Part shown: one piece after another, positions 28,395-38,291 of the stretch
How the letters are laid out: the number at the start of each line of letters is the position of its first letter
How positions within the stretch are numbered: position 1 is the stretch's first letter
IMG/VR virus record: IMGVR_UViG_3300028581_000044
Coordinates: 1-61,761 of that record
Source: a virus
Lineage: Duplodnaviria > Caudoviricetes
DNA: 61,761 nt
Reading direction: 5' to 3' (one strand)
Made by a program: the position numbers and the translations under genes
Notes under the pieces: generated by a model
Databases searched by the model: none
Told to the model about the DNA's origin: nothing
What the model saw: only the letters and a program-made list of their open reading frames with translations

Positions 28395-30191
28395 ATGAAA
28401 GAAAAAAAATTAACAATAGAAGAAAGATACCAACATTTAGAACACAGGGATCAAATTTTATTAAGACCAGATACATATATAGGTACGACAATTTCTGAAG
28501 ATAGAAATATTTTTGTAGTGGATGACATAAACAATTTAGAAAATATAAAAATGGTCAATAAAATTGTAAAATTCAATCCCGGTTTTTTAAAAATAGTAGA
28601 TGAAATTTTAACCAATGCATCTGATCATTTCTTGAGAACAGGAAAAGTTAAATACATCAAAGTAAATGTAGAAAATGATTTCATTTCAATAGAAAATGAT
28701 GGTCAAGGAATTCCTGTTGAAATACATAAAAAAGAAAAAAAGTATGTTGCAGAATTAATATTCGGTAATTTATTAACTTCGGAAAATTATAATGATAATG
28801 TTGAAAGAACATGGGGTGGAAGAAATGGCGTAGGAGCAAAGGCAACTAATATTTTTTCAAAAAGATTTATAGTCGAAACCGCTGATGGTAAAAAAGTATT
28901 CCATCAAGAGTTTTCAGAAAATATGTCAAAGAAAACAAAACCAAAAATAAAAGCATCTAAAAAGAATTATACTAAAATAACATTCTATCCCGATTTTGAA
29001 CGTTTTGAAATGACAGGTATTGACGATGAAACTAAATCTGTTATCATAAGAAGATGTATTGATATAGCTGTTTACTGTCAAGGAATCAAAGTTTATTATA
29101 ACAATTTTCAAATACCAGTTAAGAACTTCAAAGACTATATGAAAATGTTTGTCGGTGATGATTCAGAACTATTCACAGAAAAACTTGACGATAAATGGGA
29201 AATAGGTATTTCCAAATCACTCGATAACGGTTTTTATCAAGTATCTATGGTTAACGGTATATCTACATATAAAGGTGGTACACACGTTAATTATATTACA
29301 AATCAAATAGCAAAAAATACTCAAGAAATATTAGCAAAGAAATATAAAAAATTGAATATCAAACCAAATGATATCAAAAATAATATTTTTCTTTTTGTAA
29401 ATACTAAAATCATCAATCCTAAATTTGATGAACAAGCTAAAGAAACACTAGCTAGTAAAATAAATGGTGGTAGTCCTGAATTATCAGAAAAACTTATAAA
29501 ACAGTTTTCCAATTCACAAATCATTGAAGATGTTATCAGATTCCTTAATATCAAAGAACAAGTTGATACTAAAAAAGAAATTGGGAAACATAAAATTAAA
29601 ATTTCTAAATTAGATGATGCCAAAAAAGCTGGAACATATGAAAGTGATAAATGCTGCCTAATGTTATGTGAAGGTGATTGTTTACAAGAGGATACTGAAA
29701 TAAATATTATCAGAGATGGTAATAATATTAAAGTGAAAATGAAAGATTTAAAATTAAATGATGCTGTTATAACACATAATAATAATATTGGTTTAATTAA
29801 TAATATATCCAAAAAAATTGAAAAAATTGTAAAAATAAAATTAAAAAACAATCTAATATTATTGTGTTCTGAAAATCATAAATGGTATGTTTATGATAAA
29901 AAATTAGATAAATTTATTTTCGTAAAAACAAAAGATTTGGATATAAAAAAACATAGAATGATTATAAATAAAAACACTTTTTATAATGATTTTTTAAAAA
30001 TAAAAGACATATTTGATTATGATAATAAAAAATATGAAAAAATTATTTTTTTAAACAATGGTGAAGAAATATTATCTACAAATAATCATTTATTTTCAAT
30101 ATTTAATATTATTGATTATAAATTTGAAATGATTTCATGTATAAATTTAAATAAAGATATTCATTATATTGTTTCATATGAAAAAATATAA
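28395..30191 (+). CDS. type IIA topoisomerase N-part (ATPase domain to Toprim EGD) plus split-intein N-fragment
   Basis: RPDTYIG, DEILTNASD, GGRNGVGAK, LCEGD followed by CLQEDTEI. Confidence 0.9.
   Translation: MKEKKLTIEERYQHLEHRDQILLRPDTYIGTTISEDRNIFVVDDINNLENIKMVNKIVKFNPGFLKIVDEILTNASDHFLRTGKVKYIKVNVENDFISIENDGQGIPVEIHKKEKKYVAELIFGNLLTSENYNDNVERTWGGRNGVGAKATNIFSKRFIVETADGKKVFHQEFSENMSKKTKPKIKASKKNYTKITFYPDFERFEMTGIDDETKSVIIRRCIDIAVYCQGIKVYYNNFQIPVKNFKDYMKMFVGDDSELFTEKLDDKWEIGISKSLDNGFYQVSMVNGISTYKGGTHVNYITNQIAKNTQEILAKKYKKLNIKPNDIKNNIFLFVNTKIINPKFDEQAKETLASKINGGSPELSEKLIKQFSNSQIIEDVIRFLNIKEQVDTKKEIGKHKIKISKLDDAKKAGTYESDKCCLMLCEGDCLQEDTEINIIRDGNNIKVKMKDLKLNDAVITHNNNIGLINNISKKIEKIVKIKLKNNLILLCSENHKWYVYDKKLDKFIFVKTKDLDIKKHRMIINKNTFYNDFLKIKDIFDYDNKKYEKIIFLNNGEEILSTNNHLFSIFNIIDYKFEMISCINLNKDIHYIVSYEKI
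29679..30188 (+). mobile_element. split intein N-fragment (170 aa)
   Basis: Block A Cys1 CLQEDTEI; block B-like CSENHKW and STNNHLF. Confidence 0.85.
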
Positions 30192-30263
30192 CCTTCGGAT
30201 AAAAACAACCATCAAGAAAAAACAGATATATTTTATTTAATATATAAAAAATAAAATTATAAA

Positions 30264-31403
30264 ATGATATATTTATGTTATGAGTATAAAAATAAAATAA
30301 TTAAAACAAAATCAAAAAGTTTTATAGATGAAAATAATTATAATGTTAATAAAATAGCTTTTTCTTTAAAACAATCTTTGATGAAAAAATTCAAAATAAC
30401 ATTAGAAGAATATGCAAATTATCTCGGATTTAATATTCATAGATGTGGTTTTTGTGGTGAATTTGCTAAAATTGATATAGAAATTAAATTTGAAAATTAT
30501 AAAAAACGTAAAGAAATAATTATAACCAAAGTAACTTATCCAAATAATTATTATTGTAAAGGACAAAATGAAAATTGTGATGGAAAAAATTATAATCCAA
30601 ATTCTATTGTTTTTGTAAGTAAGACAAGAAATATTGATAATGACAATGCTCTTATTTTAATACACGAAAGAAATAAAAGTCCATTTTATTCTGAAAATTA
30701 TAAAAATATAGATGATTATAAAAATTATCAGTCATTAGAAAATAGATTAACTAAAGAAAAATATCTTATTTTTATAAAAAATTTAAAAAATTCAAAAACA
30801 ATTGAATATTACATTGACAAATTTGGTAAAGATAATGGTGAATTAATATGGAAAAATATTAATAATAAAAAAAATTCAATGTCATTTGATTATTTCTTAA
30901 AAAAGAATAATTTCGATTATGAAAAGTCGATAATAGAATACAAAAATAGAATTAGATCTATTTGTCCAAATATAAAAAATTTTGGAAATTATTCACCGGC
31001 ATCTTTTAATTTTTTTAAAAAATTATTAACTAAAATAAAAATAACAAATTATTTATTTGGGAAAAATGAATTAATATTAGAATATTTTGATGAAAATAAT
31101 AAAAAAAGGAAATTTTATTATGATTTCGTTGATTTGGATAATAATATTATTATAGAATACAATGGGTTAATATGGCATCCAAACAAAGAAAAAATGTCAA
31201 ATGAACAATTGAACAAATGGTATTTTCCATTCAATAAATCTATAACCGTAGAAGATTTAAATAAAAAAGATGAAATTAAAGAAAAAGTGGCATTGGATAA
31301 TAATTATGTTCAAATATCTATTTGGGACTGTGATAATGACGACCACAATATAAATATTATTATAGAATTATATAAAAAATTAAATATAATAAAAAATGAT
31401 TAA
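30264..31403 (+). CDS. free-standing Vsr/DUF559-like endonuclease between the intein halves
   Basis: FYYDFVD..IIIEYNGLIWH...KDEIKE.VA...ISIWD. Confidence 0.75.
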   Translation: MIYLCYEYKNKIIKTKSKSFIDENNYNVNKIAFSLKQSLMKKFKITLEEYANYLGFNIHRCGFCGEFAKIDIEIKFENYKKRKEIIITKVTYPNNYYCKGQNENCDGKNYNPNSIVFVSKTRNIDNDNALILIHERNKSPFYSENYKNIDDYKNYQSLENRLTKEKYLIFIKNLKNSKTIEYYIDKFGKDNGELIWKNINNKKNSMSFDYFLKKNNFDYEKSIIEYKNRIRSICPNIKNFGNYSPASFNFFKKLLTKIKITNYLFGKNELILEYFDENNKKRKFYYDFVDLDNNIIIEYNGLIWHPNKEKMSNEQLNKWYFPFNKSITVEDLNKKDEIKEKVALDNNYVQISIWDCDNDDHNINIIIELYKKLNIIKND

Positions 31404-31527
31404 AAATTATTTAGAATTGGTTGATATCGAAAATATTGAATTTACAAATATATATGATAATATGGTTGATATATCTGTTGATGTAGACGAAACATTTTCT
31501 TTATCAAATGGGATTATATCACATAAT
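31396..31527 (+). mobile_element. split intein C-fragment (44 aa)
   Basis: MVDISV (block F), NGIISHN followed by Ser+1 (block G). Confidence 0.9.
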
Positions 31528-33546
31528 TCCGCATCATCTTCTGCAATAGCTGGTTTATCAGAAGTAGACTCATCTTACTTCGGTATATTTCCATTAAGAG
31601 GGAAACCATTGAATGTTAGAGATACCAATCTACAAAAGGTTAGAGAAAACGAAGAAACTAAAAATATTATAAACATTCTTGGTTTGGAATTTGGTAAGAA
31701 ATATACCGAAACATCTAAATTAAGATATGGTAAGGTTGTTTTCTTTTCTGATCAGGACGTTGACGGGGCACATATCAAAGGTTTACTTATTAATATGATT
31801 GATACTTTCTGGCCAGAACTTCTTAAATTGGATTTTATTTATGAATTCATGACACCAATCATGAAACTTTATGATGATAAGAAATTCTTAAAATACTTTT
31901 ATCGTTTAAGTGATTGGGAAAAATTCAAGAATGAAAACGATGTTAGTAAATACCATAAAAAGTATTATAAGGGGTTAGGAACGATAGAACCCGATGAAAT
32001 GAAGGGATTCTTCAAAAATATAAACAAGCATCTTATAAGGTTTCATTATGACGCCAAAAAGGATACTAACAATCTTATTGACTTGGTTTTTGATAAAAAA
32101 AGAGCTGATGAAAGAAAAGAATGGATGAAAAGTTATAATCCTGTTGATTTCATAGATAAATTTAATGTAAAACAAACCTACGACAAATTTATCAATAGTG
32201 AATTGATGGAATGGAGTATGGCAGATAATAACCGTATGATTCCAAACTTGATGGATGGTTTTAAACCAGTTCAAAGAAAAATCTTATATGTATTTCAAAA
32301 AGAAAACATTAAGGGTGAAATAAAAGTAAATTCACTATCCGGATCCTTAATTAAAAGTGTAGCTTATCATAATGGTGATGTTTCATCTTCTGGAGCTATT
32401 GTGGGTATGGCACAAAATTTTGTTGGTTCCAATAACCTAAATCTTATTTTACCGAAAGGACAATTTGGTTCCCGTTTAAAAGGTGGTAAAGATTCTGCGA
32501 GTCCTCGATATATTTTCACTAAATTAAATGATGTAACACCATATATTTTTAGGTCAGAAGATAATGATATATTAACTTATCAGAATGATGATGGATCTCC
32601 AATTGAACCTGTATTTTACGTTCCAATTATACCAATGGTATTGGTAAATGGTGCTAATGGTATTGGATCTGGTTATTCGACAATAATTCCTAGTTACAAT
32701 CCTGTTGAAATAATCACTTACTTACAAAATAAAATTAAGGGTAAGAAAAATATAGAATTGAAACCTTATTATAAAGATTTCAAAGGTTCTATAACTTTGG
32801 ACATTGAAAATAAAAGATATATTTCAAGAGGATTGATGAATAGATTAACTGATTATATTTATGAAATAAATGAATTACCATTATGGACTTGGAATGATTC
32901 TTATTATGAATTTTTAGATGATTTATCAGAAGATAAAAAGGATGATAAGGGTAAGGTAATAAGAAAAACATATATTCGTGAATGGGTGAAAGACGGCAAC
33001 GATAAAGATATCAAGATAAAAATCTATTTGATAAAAGACAATGTTCCGAAGGAATTCATAGAAAATATTTGGAAATCTTTAAAAATGGAAAGTTACATAC
33101 CATTTAGTAATATGCACCTTTTTGATGAAAACAAAAAGATAACTAAATATGATACACAATATGAAATTATAGACAATTATTATAATGTTCGTTTGGATTA
33201 TTATGATAAAAGAAAACAATTTCAATTAAAAAAGATAAAATATGAGATAGAGGTCATTAAAAATAAAATGATATTTATCAAAGAAGTTATCGAAGATAGG
33301 TTGAAAATAAACAAGAGATCTAGAGAACAAATCGAAATAGACATTGATAAATTAAAATTGATGAGAGTTAATGATTCCTATTCCTATTTATTGAATATGT
33401 CAATTATTAGTTTAACGAAAGAAAAACTAGTTGAATTGAAAGAAGAATATGAAAGAATGAAAGAAAAACATAAGGTTTTGGATTCAACAAAAATTGAAGA
33501 TATTTGGTTGGGTGAATTGGATGAATTGAAGAAAAAAATGAAATAA
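31396..33546 (+). CDS. split-intein C-fragment plus topoisomerase II C-part (Toprim and GyrA-like cleavage core)
   Basis: ISHN|SASS, FPLRGKPLNV, DQDVDG, YYKGLGT, DGFKPVQRK, ASPRY catalytic Tyr. Confidence 0.92.
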   Translation: MIKNYLELVDIENIEFTNIYDNMVDISVDVDETFSLSNGIISHNSASSSAIAGLSEVDSSYFGIFPLRGKPLNVRDTNLQKVRENEETKNIINILGLEFGKKYTETSKLRYGKVVFFSDQDVDGAHIKGLLINMIDTFWPELLKLDFIYEFMTPIMKLYDDKKFLKYFYRLSDWEKFKNENDVSKYHKKYYKGLGTIEPDEMKGFFKNINKHLIRFHYDAKKDTNNLIDLVFDKKRADERKEWMKSYNPVDFIDKFNVKQTYDKFINSELMEWSMADNNRMIPNLMDGFKPVQRKILYVFQKENIKGEIKVNSLSGSLIKSVAYHNGDVSSSGAIVGMAQNFVGSNNLNLILPKGQFGSRLKGGKDSASPRYIFTKLNDVTPYIFRSEDNDILTYQNDDGSPIEPVFYVPIIPMVLVNGANGIGSGYSTIIPSYNPVEIITYLQNKIKGKKNIELKPYYKDFKGSITLDIENKRYISRGLMNRLTDYIYEINELPLWTWNDSYYEFLDDLSEDKKDDKGKVIRKTYIREWVKDGNDKDIKIKIYLIKDNVPKEFIENIWKSLKMESYIPFSNMHLFDENKKITKYDTQYEIIDNYYNVRLDYYDKRKQFQLKKIKYEIEVIKNKMIFIKEVIEDRLKINKRSREQIEIDIDKLKLMRVNDSYSYLLNMSIISLTKEKLVELKEEYERMKEKHKVLDSTKIEDIWLGELDELKKKMK

Positions 33547-33692
33547 TGGAAGAAATTAATAAAGAATTATTAGAAACATTAAAATCAATTTTCAATATAA
33601 CAAGTGGTCCTTGGGATGATCCAGTGATAAGTGAAGAATTATACAATAAAATGAAAAATATAATTGAGAAATCAGAATCAAATGAAAAATAA
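33546..33692 (+). CDS. small hypothetical protein (not in ORF track)
   Basis: MEEINKELLETLKSIF...; TAATG overlaps at both ends. Confidence 0.6.
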   Translation: MEEINKELLETLKSIFNITSGPWDDPVISEELYNKMKNIIEKSESNEK

Positions 33693-33958
33693 TGGCAATG
33701 GTATCTGATGGATCAATTGGATCAAATGGACCAAGTGGAGTTGGTGGTGAATATTTTTGTCCAGTTTGTTTAAATAAAATGATAACATCTTTTCCGTTTC
33801 CGGATTTAGAATATCATTGTAATAGTTGTGATAAATGGAATGGATTTGGTAGAGAATTATTAAATTATGAACAATTTATCAATGAAAAAAGATTTAGAAT
33901 TTTAAATGAAATAATAAATGAACATGAAAAAATTTACAACCATAGAAGAACACAATAA
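33692..33958 (+). CDS. Zn-ribbon protein
   Basis: CPVC..CNSC..RELLNYEQFINEKR. Confidence 0.65.
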   Translation: MAMVSDGSIGSNGPSGVGGEYFCPVCLNKMITSFPFPDLEYHCNSCDKWNGFGRELLNYEQFINEKRFRILNEIINEHEKIYNHRRTQ

Positions 33959-34283
33959 ATTTCTTGAAAAAATGAAAGAAAATCCACAAAATTATGATTT
34001 TGGTGGTAGAGGTCCATGGGAATATGGTCTAGCTTTTAATGATAAAACTTGGACTACCGTTACTCTACATTGTCCAAAATGTGGTTCAAATAATGGATGG
34101 ACTCAAAGTCATGCTGGTGCTTATCAATATGATGAATGTCAAGATTGTCATTGGATGGGTAACAGAGAAGATTTATTAACACAAGAACAGTTCATTAATA
34201 ATGAAAGATTAAAAAAATTAAATGAAATATATAGTGAAGATGGAAATATTTTTCCAACAGAAAATGATATATATTTGAAATAA
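33918..34283 (+). CDS. Zn-ribbon protein, tandem paralog of 33692
   Basis: CPKC..CQDC..REDLLTQEQFINNER. Confidence 0.65.
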   Translation: MNMKKFTTIEEHNKFLEKMKENPQNYDFGGRGPWEYGLAFNDKTWTTVTLHCPKCGSNNGWTQSHAGAYQYDECQDCHWMGNREDLLTQEQFINNERLKKLNEIYSEDGNIFPTENDIYLK

Positions 34284-34290
34284 AAAAATT

Positions 34291-35133
34291 ATGATAGATA
34301 CACCATTTAATTATACTGGAAGTAAGTTTAACCTTTTACATCAAATATTACCTTTATTTGATTATTCAAAATCATTATTTGTTGATGTTTTTACTGGTAG
34401 TTTTGTAGTTGGTTGTAATGTTGTGGATAAATACAATAGAATTTTAGTGAATGACATTATATCCGATTTAATAGGTATTCATAGAGAACTAATAAATAAT
34501 CCTGATGAAATAATAGAAAAAGTTAAAGAATTAGCAACTTGTAAAACAGATGAAAATAAATATTATGAACTTCGTGATTCATATAACAAAGAAAAAACAC
34601 CTGCAAAATTATGGTCGTTGATGTTGTCATGTAATTCGAATCTTATGCGTTTTAATAATAAAATGAATTTCAATCAGAGTTGGGGAAAAAGAGGATGGAA
34701 TTTATCAACTGAATTCAAAGTAAAACAATTTGTAGAACATATTTCAAAATATAAAAATAAAATTTATTTTTCATCTGTTAATTTCCATCAAATTCCAATT
34801 AATTCAAATTCAATGTATTATCTAGATCCGCCGTATGGATTTTGTATTGATGAAAAAAATCAAATAACGAATAAACAAATTTCCACAGCTGGTTATAATA
34901 CAACTTGGAAACAAAATAATGACATAAAATTATATAATTATATAAAAAATATTAATGAAAAAGGTGCATCTTTCATGTTGTCTGGTCTTTTAAATCACAA
35001 TGGAAATAAGTCATGGATTATGAGTAAACTCATTGAAGATGGTTTTAAATACAATAATTTATCTTTTAATTATAATAAAGTTAGTAAAGTTGGTGAAAAA
35101 GATAGTCAAGAAATAGTTATAATGAATTATTAA
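34291..35133 (+). CDS. dam: Dam-like (D12 class) DNA adenine methyltransferase
   Basis: YTGSK, DVFTGS, RFN, YLDPPY. Confidence 0.88.
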   Translation: MIDTPFNYTGSKFNLLHQILPLFDYSKSLFVDVFTGSFVVGCNVVDKYNRILVNDIISDLIGIHRELINNPDEIIEKVKELATCKTDENKYYELRDSYNKEKTPAKLWSLMLSCNSNLMRFNNKMNFNQSWGKRGWNLSTEFKVKQFVEHISKYKNKIYFSSVNFHQIPINSNSMYYLDPPYGFCIDEKNQITNKQISTAGYNTTWKQNNDIKLYNYIKNINEKGASFMLSGLLNHNGNKSWIMSKLIEDGFKYNNLSFNYNKVSKVGEKDSQEIVIMNY

Positions 35134-35178
35134 TTTTCAACTTTCAAAAAAATTTTTTATATAACAAAAAAAGAAAAA

Positions 35179-35463
35179 ATGAAAAAGATAGTAAAAGTAT
35201 CAGGTGAAGTAGAATTAGAATATGATGAAAATTCACCGGAATTTAAAGAAGCTTTAGAAGGATACAGAGAAGTCATTGATTCTAGAGGAAATGCTGATGA
35301 CGTATTAAAACAAGTATCTTATTATATAACCAGATTCGGAACAGAAGGAATGGTAGAAGGTGTTGGATATATTGGTTATAATGGAAAAATACCAACAGAA
35401 GAACCATATTCGGGAATAATGGTAAGTATTGGATATGATGATTTGTATTTCGAAATATTTTAA
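35179..35463 (+). CDS. hypothetical protein
   Basis: ORF after a promoter-like motif. Confidence 0.65.
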   Translation: MKKIVKVSGEVELEYDENSPEFKEALEGYREVIDSRGNADDVLKQVSYYITRFGTEGMVEGVGYIGYNGKIPTEEPYSGIMVSIGYDDLYFEIF

Positions 35464-35474
35464 AAATTAGAAAA

Positions 35475-35711
35475 ATGAAATTTAATATTCATTCTTGTGT
35501 AGCAAGAAAAGACGGTACTTTACAACGTGAAATGTGTGACTTCACCATAAATGTACCTTTCAAGGATGGTGAAAAACATAAATATTACATTCATCCGAAT
35601 ACAAAACATTATGTTGTAATAAAAGATAGGGGTGATGAACCGTATCCATACGCTGTACCAGATGAATTGTGGTTATCTAAAGATGTATTTAACGAATATT
35701 TTAAAAAATAA
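35475..35711 (+). CDS. hypothetical protein
   Basis: Operon-packed ORF. Confidence 0.6.
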   Translation: MKFNIHSCVARKDGTLQREMCDFTINVPFKDGEKHKYYIHPNTKHYVVIKDRGDEPYPYAVPDELWLSKDVFNEYFKK

Positions 35712-35723
35712 ATAAATTATTAT

Positions 35724-36149
35724 ATGAAAAGTATATATGTAATGGGGGCTTTAAAGAACCCTAAAATTCCAGTTATCGGAAATGAATTAAGAAAAATAGG
35801 TTTTGATGTTTTTGACGATTGGTTTTCACCCGGTCCTGAAGCTGATGATTTTTGGAGAAAATACGAAAAAGTAAAAGGTACATCATACAAAGAAGCACTA
35901 GATGGGTGGGCAGCAAAACATATATTTGAATTCGACAAATCTCATTTAGATCGTTGTGATATGGCTGTTTTGGCTATGCCAGCTGGAAAATCCTGTCACT
36001 TGGAATTAGGTTATATGATCGGTTGTGGTAAACCTTGTTGGGTTTTATTCGATAATGAACCAGATCGATGGGATATAATGTATAGATTTGCTAATGGTGT
36101 ATTCTTCGACATAGAAGAATTAAAAGAAGAATTGAAAAAATATATGTAA
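35724..36149 (+). CDS. nucleoside 2-deoxyribosyltransferase-like protein
   Basis: IYVMG..GFDVF..D...D...GKSCHLELGYMIGCGKP. Confidence 0.75.
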   Translation: MKSIYVMGALKNPKIPVIGNELRKIGFDVFDDWFSPGPEADDFWRKYEKVKGTSYKEALDGWAAKHIFEFDKSHLDRCDMAVLAMPAGKSCHLELGYMIGCGKPCWVLFDNEPDRWDIMYRFANGVFFDIEELKEELKKYM

Positions 36150-36163
36150 ATAAATATAAAATG

Positions 36164-36194
36164 AAAATGTCGGAGTAATTTCCGACATTTTTTT
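36164..36194 (+). terminator. intrinsic terminator
   Basis: AAAATGTCGGA-gtaatt-TCCGACATTTT-TTT. Confidence 0.75.
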
Positions 36195-36386
36195 GCCCAT
36201 TTGTCTATGATCACACTTATACCCATAAACACCACGTTTACTAAATTAGTGGATACACTTGTTTTCATTAATATGTTAATTATCAATTTATTAGACTTTT
36301 TTAATTGAAGTTTTGGTCAAACAAAATTTTTTAATTTTAATATATAATTGTATGTTTGTAACATTAAAAAATTAAAAACAAAACTT

Positions 36387-36767
36387 ATGAAAAAATTAGT
36401 ATTTCTTATATTATTGGTAATTAGTTTAGTATCTTGTCAAAAGAATTTTGATACTGTACCAGATAAACCAAAGACAACTAGGGATTTAGTTGTTAACCCA
36501 ACTTTTGATTGGAAAACATCAAAAGAAATAACTTTGAATGTAACCGGAATGAAAGGTATCAATCCTGAAATATCCAATACATTATATGTTAAATCATCAG
36601 TAGGTGATACTGTTTATTTTAAAGACTTACTTATTATGAGTAATGATTACACTTTGAAATTTTCGGTTCCATCAACTGAAACTAAAGTTATATTAATATA
36701 TGGTAGTAAAACAATAACAATTGATTTATTATCAAATACAATAACATTTGATTATATTATTGAATAA
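36387..36767 (+). CDS. lipoprotein
   Basis: MKKLVFLILLVISLVS|C lipobox; F-D-W-K-T motif. Confidence 0.75.
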   Translation: MKKLVFLILLVISLVSCQKNFDTVPDKPKTTRDLVVNPTFDWKTSKEITLNVTGMKGINPEISNTLYVKSSVGDTVYFKDLLIMSNDYTLKFSVPSTETKVILIYGSKTITIDLLSNTITFDYIIE

Positions 36768-36786
36768 AAAATAAAAATAAAAAGAT

Positions 36787-38136
36787 ATGAAAAAATTAGT
36801 TTTAATAACCTTATTAAGTTTAATGAGTTTATTCGGATTCAGTCAAACAGTAACCAATAATTTCGAAGATGGTAATTGGTTATATTACCACAATTATTGT
36901 TGGGGAATTGGTGAAAATAATGAACATGAATATTTTAGTACAAAAGTAACCGGAAATGGTTTCAATGGAACGGATGTTTGTGAAACAGCAAATCTTGGAA
37001 AAACCAATATTTGTAGATTGGAAAGTCCTTGGATTAATTTAAAGGTTGGTAACATCACATTTGATCACGCTGTACCATCAAAAGATGGAAATAGAAAATT
37101 AACTGTTTACTTGGTAGATCAAAGTTCAAATAAAACTGATGTTTGGTCATTTACTTATACTAACGGCACATCTAAATCAGCAATTATAAATAATACCAAA
37201 ACGGGTATTTATAAAATAAGATGGGAATGGAAGGGAAATGATGGAAATTCAAGAGGACAATTGGATAACATAGTTATTCAGGGAACAAATGTTTCTGATC
37301 CATCTAATAATTGTAACGTATATGTACCACCTGTTATACCAGATACAACAATTAATTATTATCCTGCATCTGATACATCAACATTAGCATTTGAAGATTT
37401 ATGGCCAAATTATGGTGATTATGATATGAATGATTTAGTTATGGGATATAAATTTAAAATTGTATCATATACACAGTCAGGTAAAGTGAAAGATATATAT
37501 GTTACATTTGTAGTAAGAGCACAAGGAGCTGGTTTATTAAATGGTTTTGGATTTCAATTACCAACAGTTAATCCAAATTCAATTTTAAGTGTAATCGGTG
37601 TTGGTGAACAAGTCGGTTATAGTATTGGTTCCAATGGAACTGAAAACAATCAATCAAAAGCTGTATTTATTATTTTTGACGATACACATAAGTTTATGAG
37701 TTCTTGGAATACAGTAAAAGGTGAAATTCCTAGTCCTTGGAAAACATTTAATATTCATATCAAATTTTCACAAACAAATTCTGTAACATTACAACAATTA
37801 AATATTCAAGAATGGAATCCATTTTTAGTGAAGAATAGTGTTAGAGGACAGGAAATTCATTTACCGGATTATAAACCAACGGATTTAGCAGATATAACTT
37901 TATTCGGAACTGGTAATGATGATACACAACCGGGAATAAACAAATATTATAAATCCATAACAAATTTACCTTGGGCAATTGATATATACGGAAAGTTTTA
38001 TTATCCGACCGAAACTTCAGACATATCTGGTGCTTATTTACATTTTGGTAATTGGGCTGAAAGTAATGGTCAATTATATCAAGATTGGTGGTTAAACACC
38101 GGTTCTGGTTATAGAAACGAAAACTTAATTTACTAA
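36787..38136 (+). CDS. secreted LruC/DUF4842-domain protein
   Basis: Signal peptide; TLAFEDLWP..GDYDMNDLV, WNPFL, EIHL, LPWAI, AYLHF..WAES. Confidence 0.85.
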   Translation: MKKLVLITLLSLMSLFGFSQTVTNNFEDGNWLYYHNYCWGIGENNEHEYFSTKVTGNGFNGTDVCETANLGKTNICRLESPWINLKVGNITFDHAVPSKDGNRKLTVYLVDQSSNKTDVWSFTYTNGTSKSAIINNTKTGIYKIRWEWKGNDGNSRGQLDNIVIQGTNVSDPSNNCNVYVPPVIPDTTINYYPASDTSTLAFEDLWPNYGDYDMNDLVMGYKFKIVSYTQSGKVKDIYVTFVVRAQGAGLLNGFGFQLPTVNPNSILSVIGVGEQVGYSIGSNGTENNQSKAVFIIFDDTHKFMSSWNTVKGEIPSPWKTFNIHIKFSQTNSVTLQQLNIQEWNPFLVKNSVRGQEIHLPDYKPTDLADITLFGTGNDDTQPGINKYYKSITNLPWAIDIYGKFYYPTETSDISGAYLHFGNWAESNGQLYQDWWLNTGSGYRNENLIY

Positions 38137-38138
38137 AA

Positions 38139-38243
38139 ATGATGATATATCTACTAATATTTCCGATAAGTTTGATAATTGTTTTGATAAGTTTTTTCAC
38201 TCAAATATCAAGAGAAAGTAAACCAGAAACAGAAATCTTTTAA
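38139..38243 (+). CDS. small membrane peptide (not in ORF track)
   Basis: MMIYLLIFPISLIIVLISFFTQISRESKPETEIF*. Confidence 0.4.
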   Translation: MMIYLLIFPISLIIVLISFFTQISRESKPETEIF

Positions 38244-38246
38244 AAT

Positions 38247-38275
38247 AAAAAACCCGGATTTAGTCCGGGTTTTTT
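38247..38275. terminator. bidirectional intrinsic terminator
   Basis: A6-CCCGGA-tttag-TCCGGG-T6. Confidence 0.8.
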
Positions 38276-38291
38276 ATTGTTTTTTAAACAA

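Noticed and set aside
30191-31396. Frameshifted pseudogene or intron in the topoisomerase
   Set aside because: Both flanks carry proper intein termini and the middle ORF has its own promoter-like motif; no intron-like RNA structure is visible
28395-33546. Eukaryotic or NCLDV origin suggested by Topo II, SET and RFC-like genes
   Set aside because: tmRNA, intrinsic terminators, operonic overlaps, gp25/gp5, the amidase and the M23 peptidase indicate a bacteriophage
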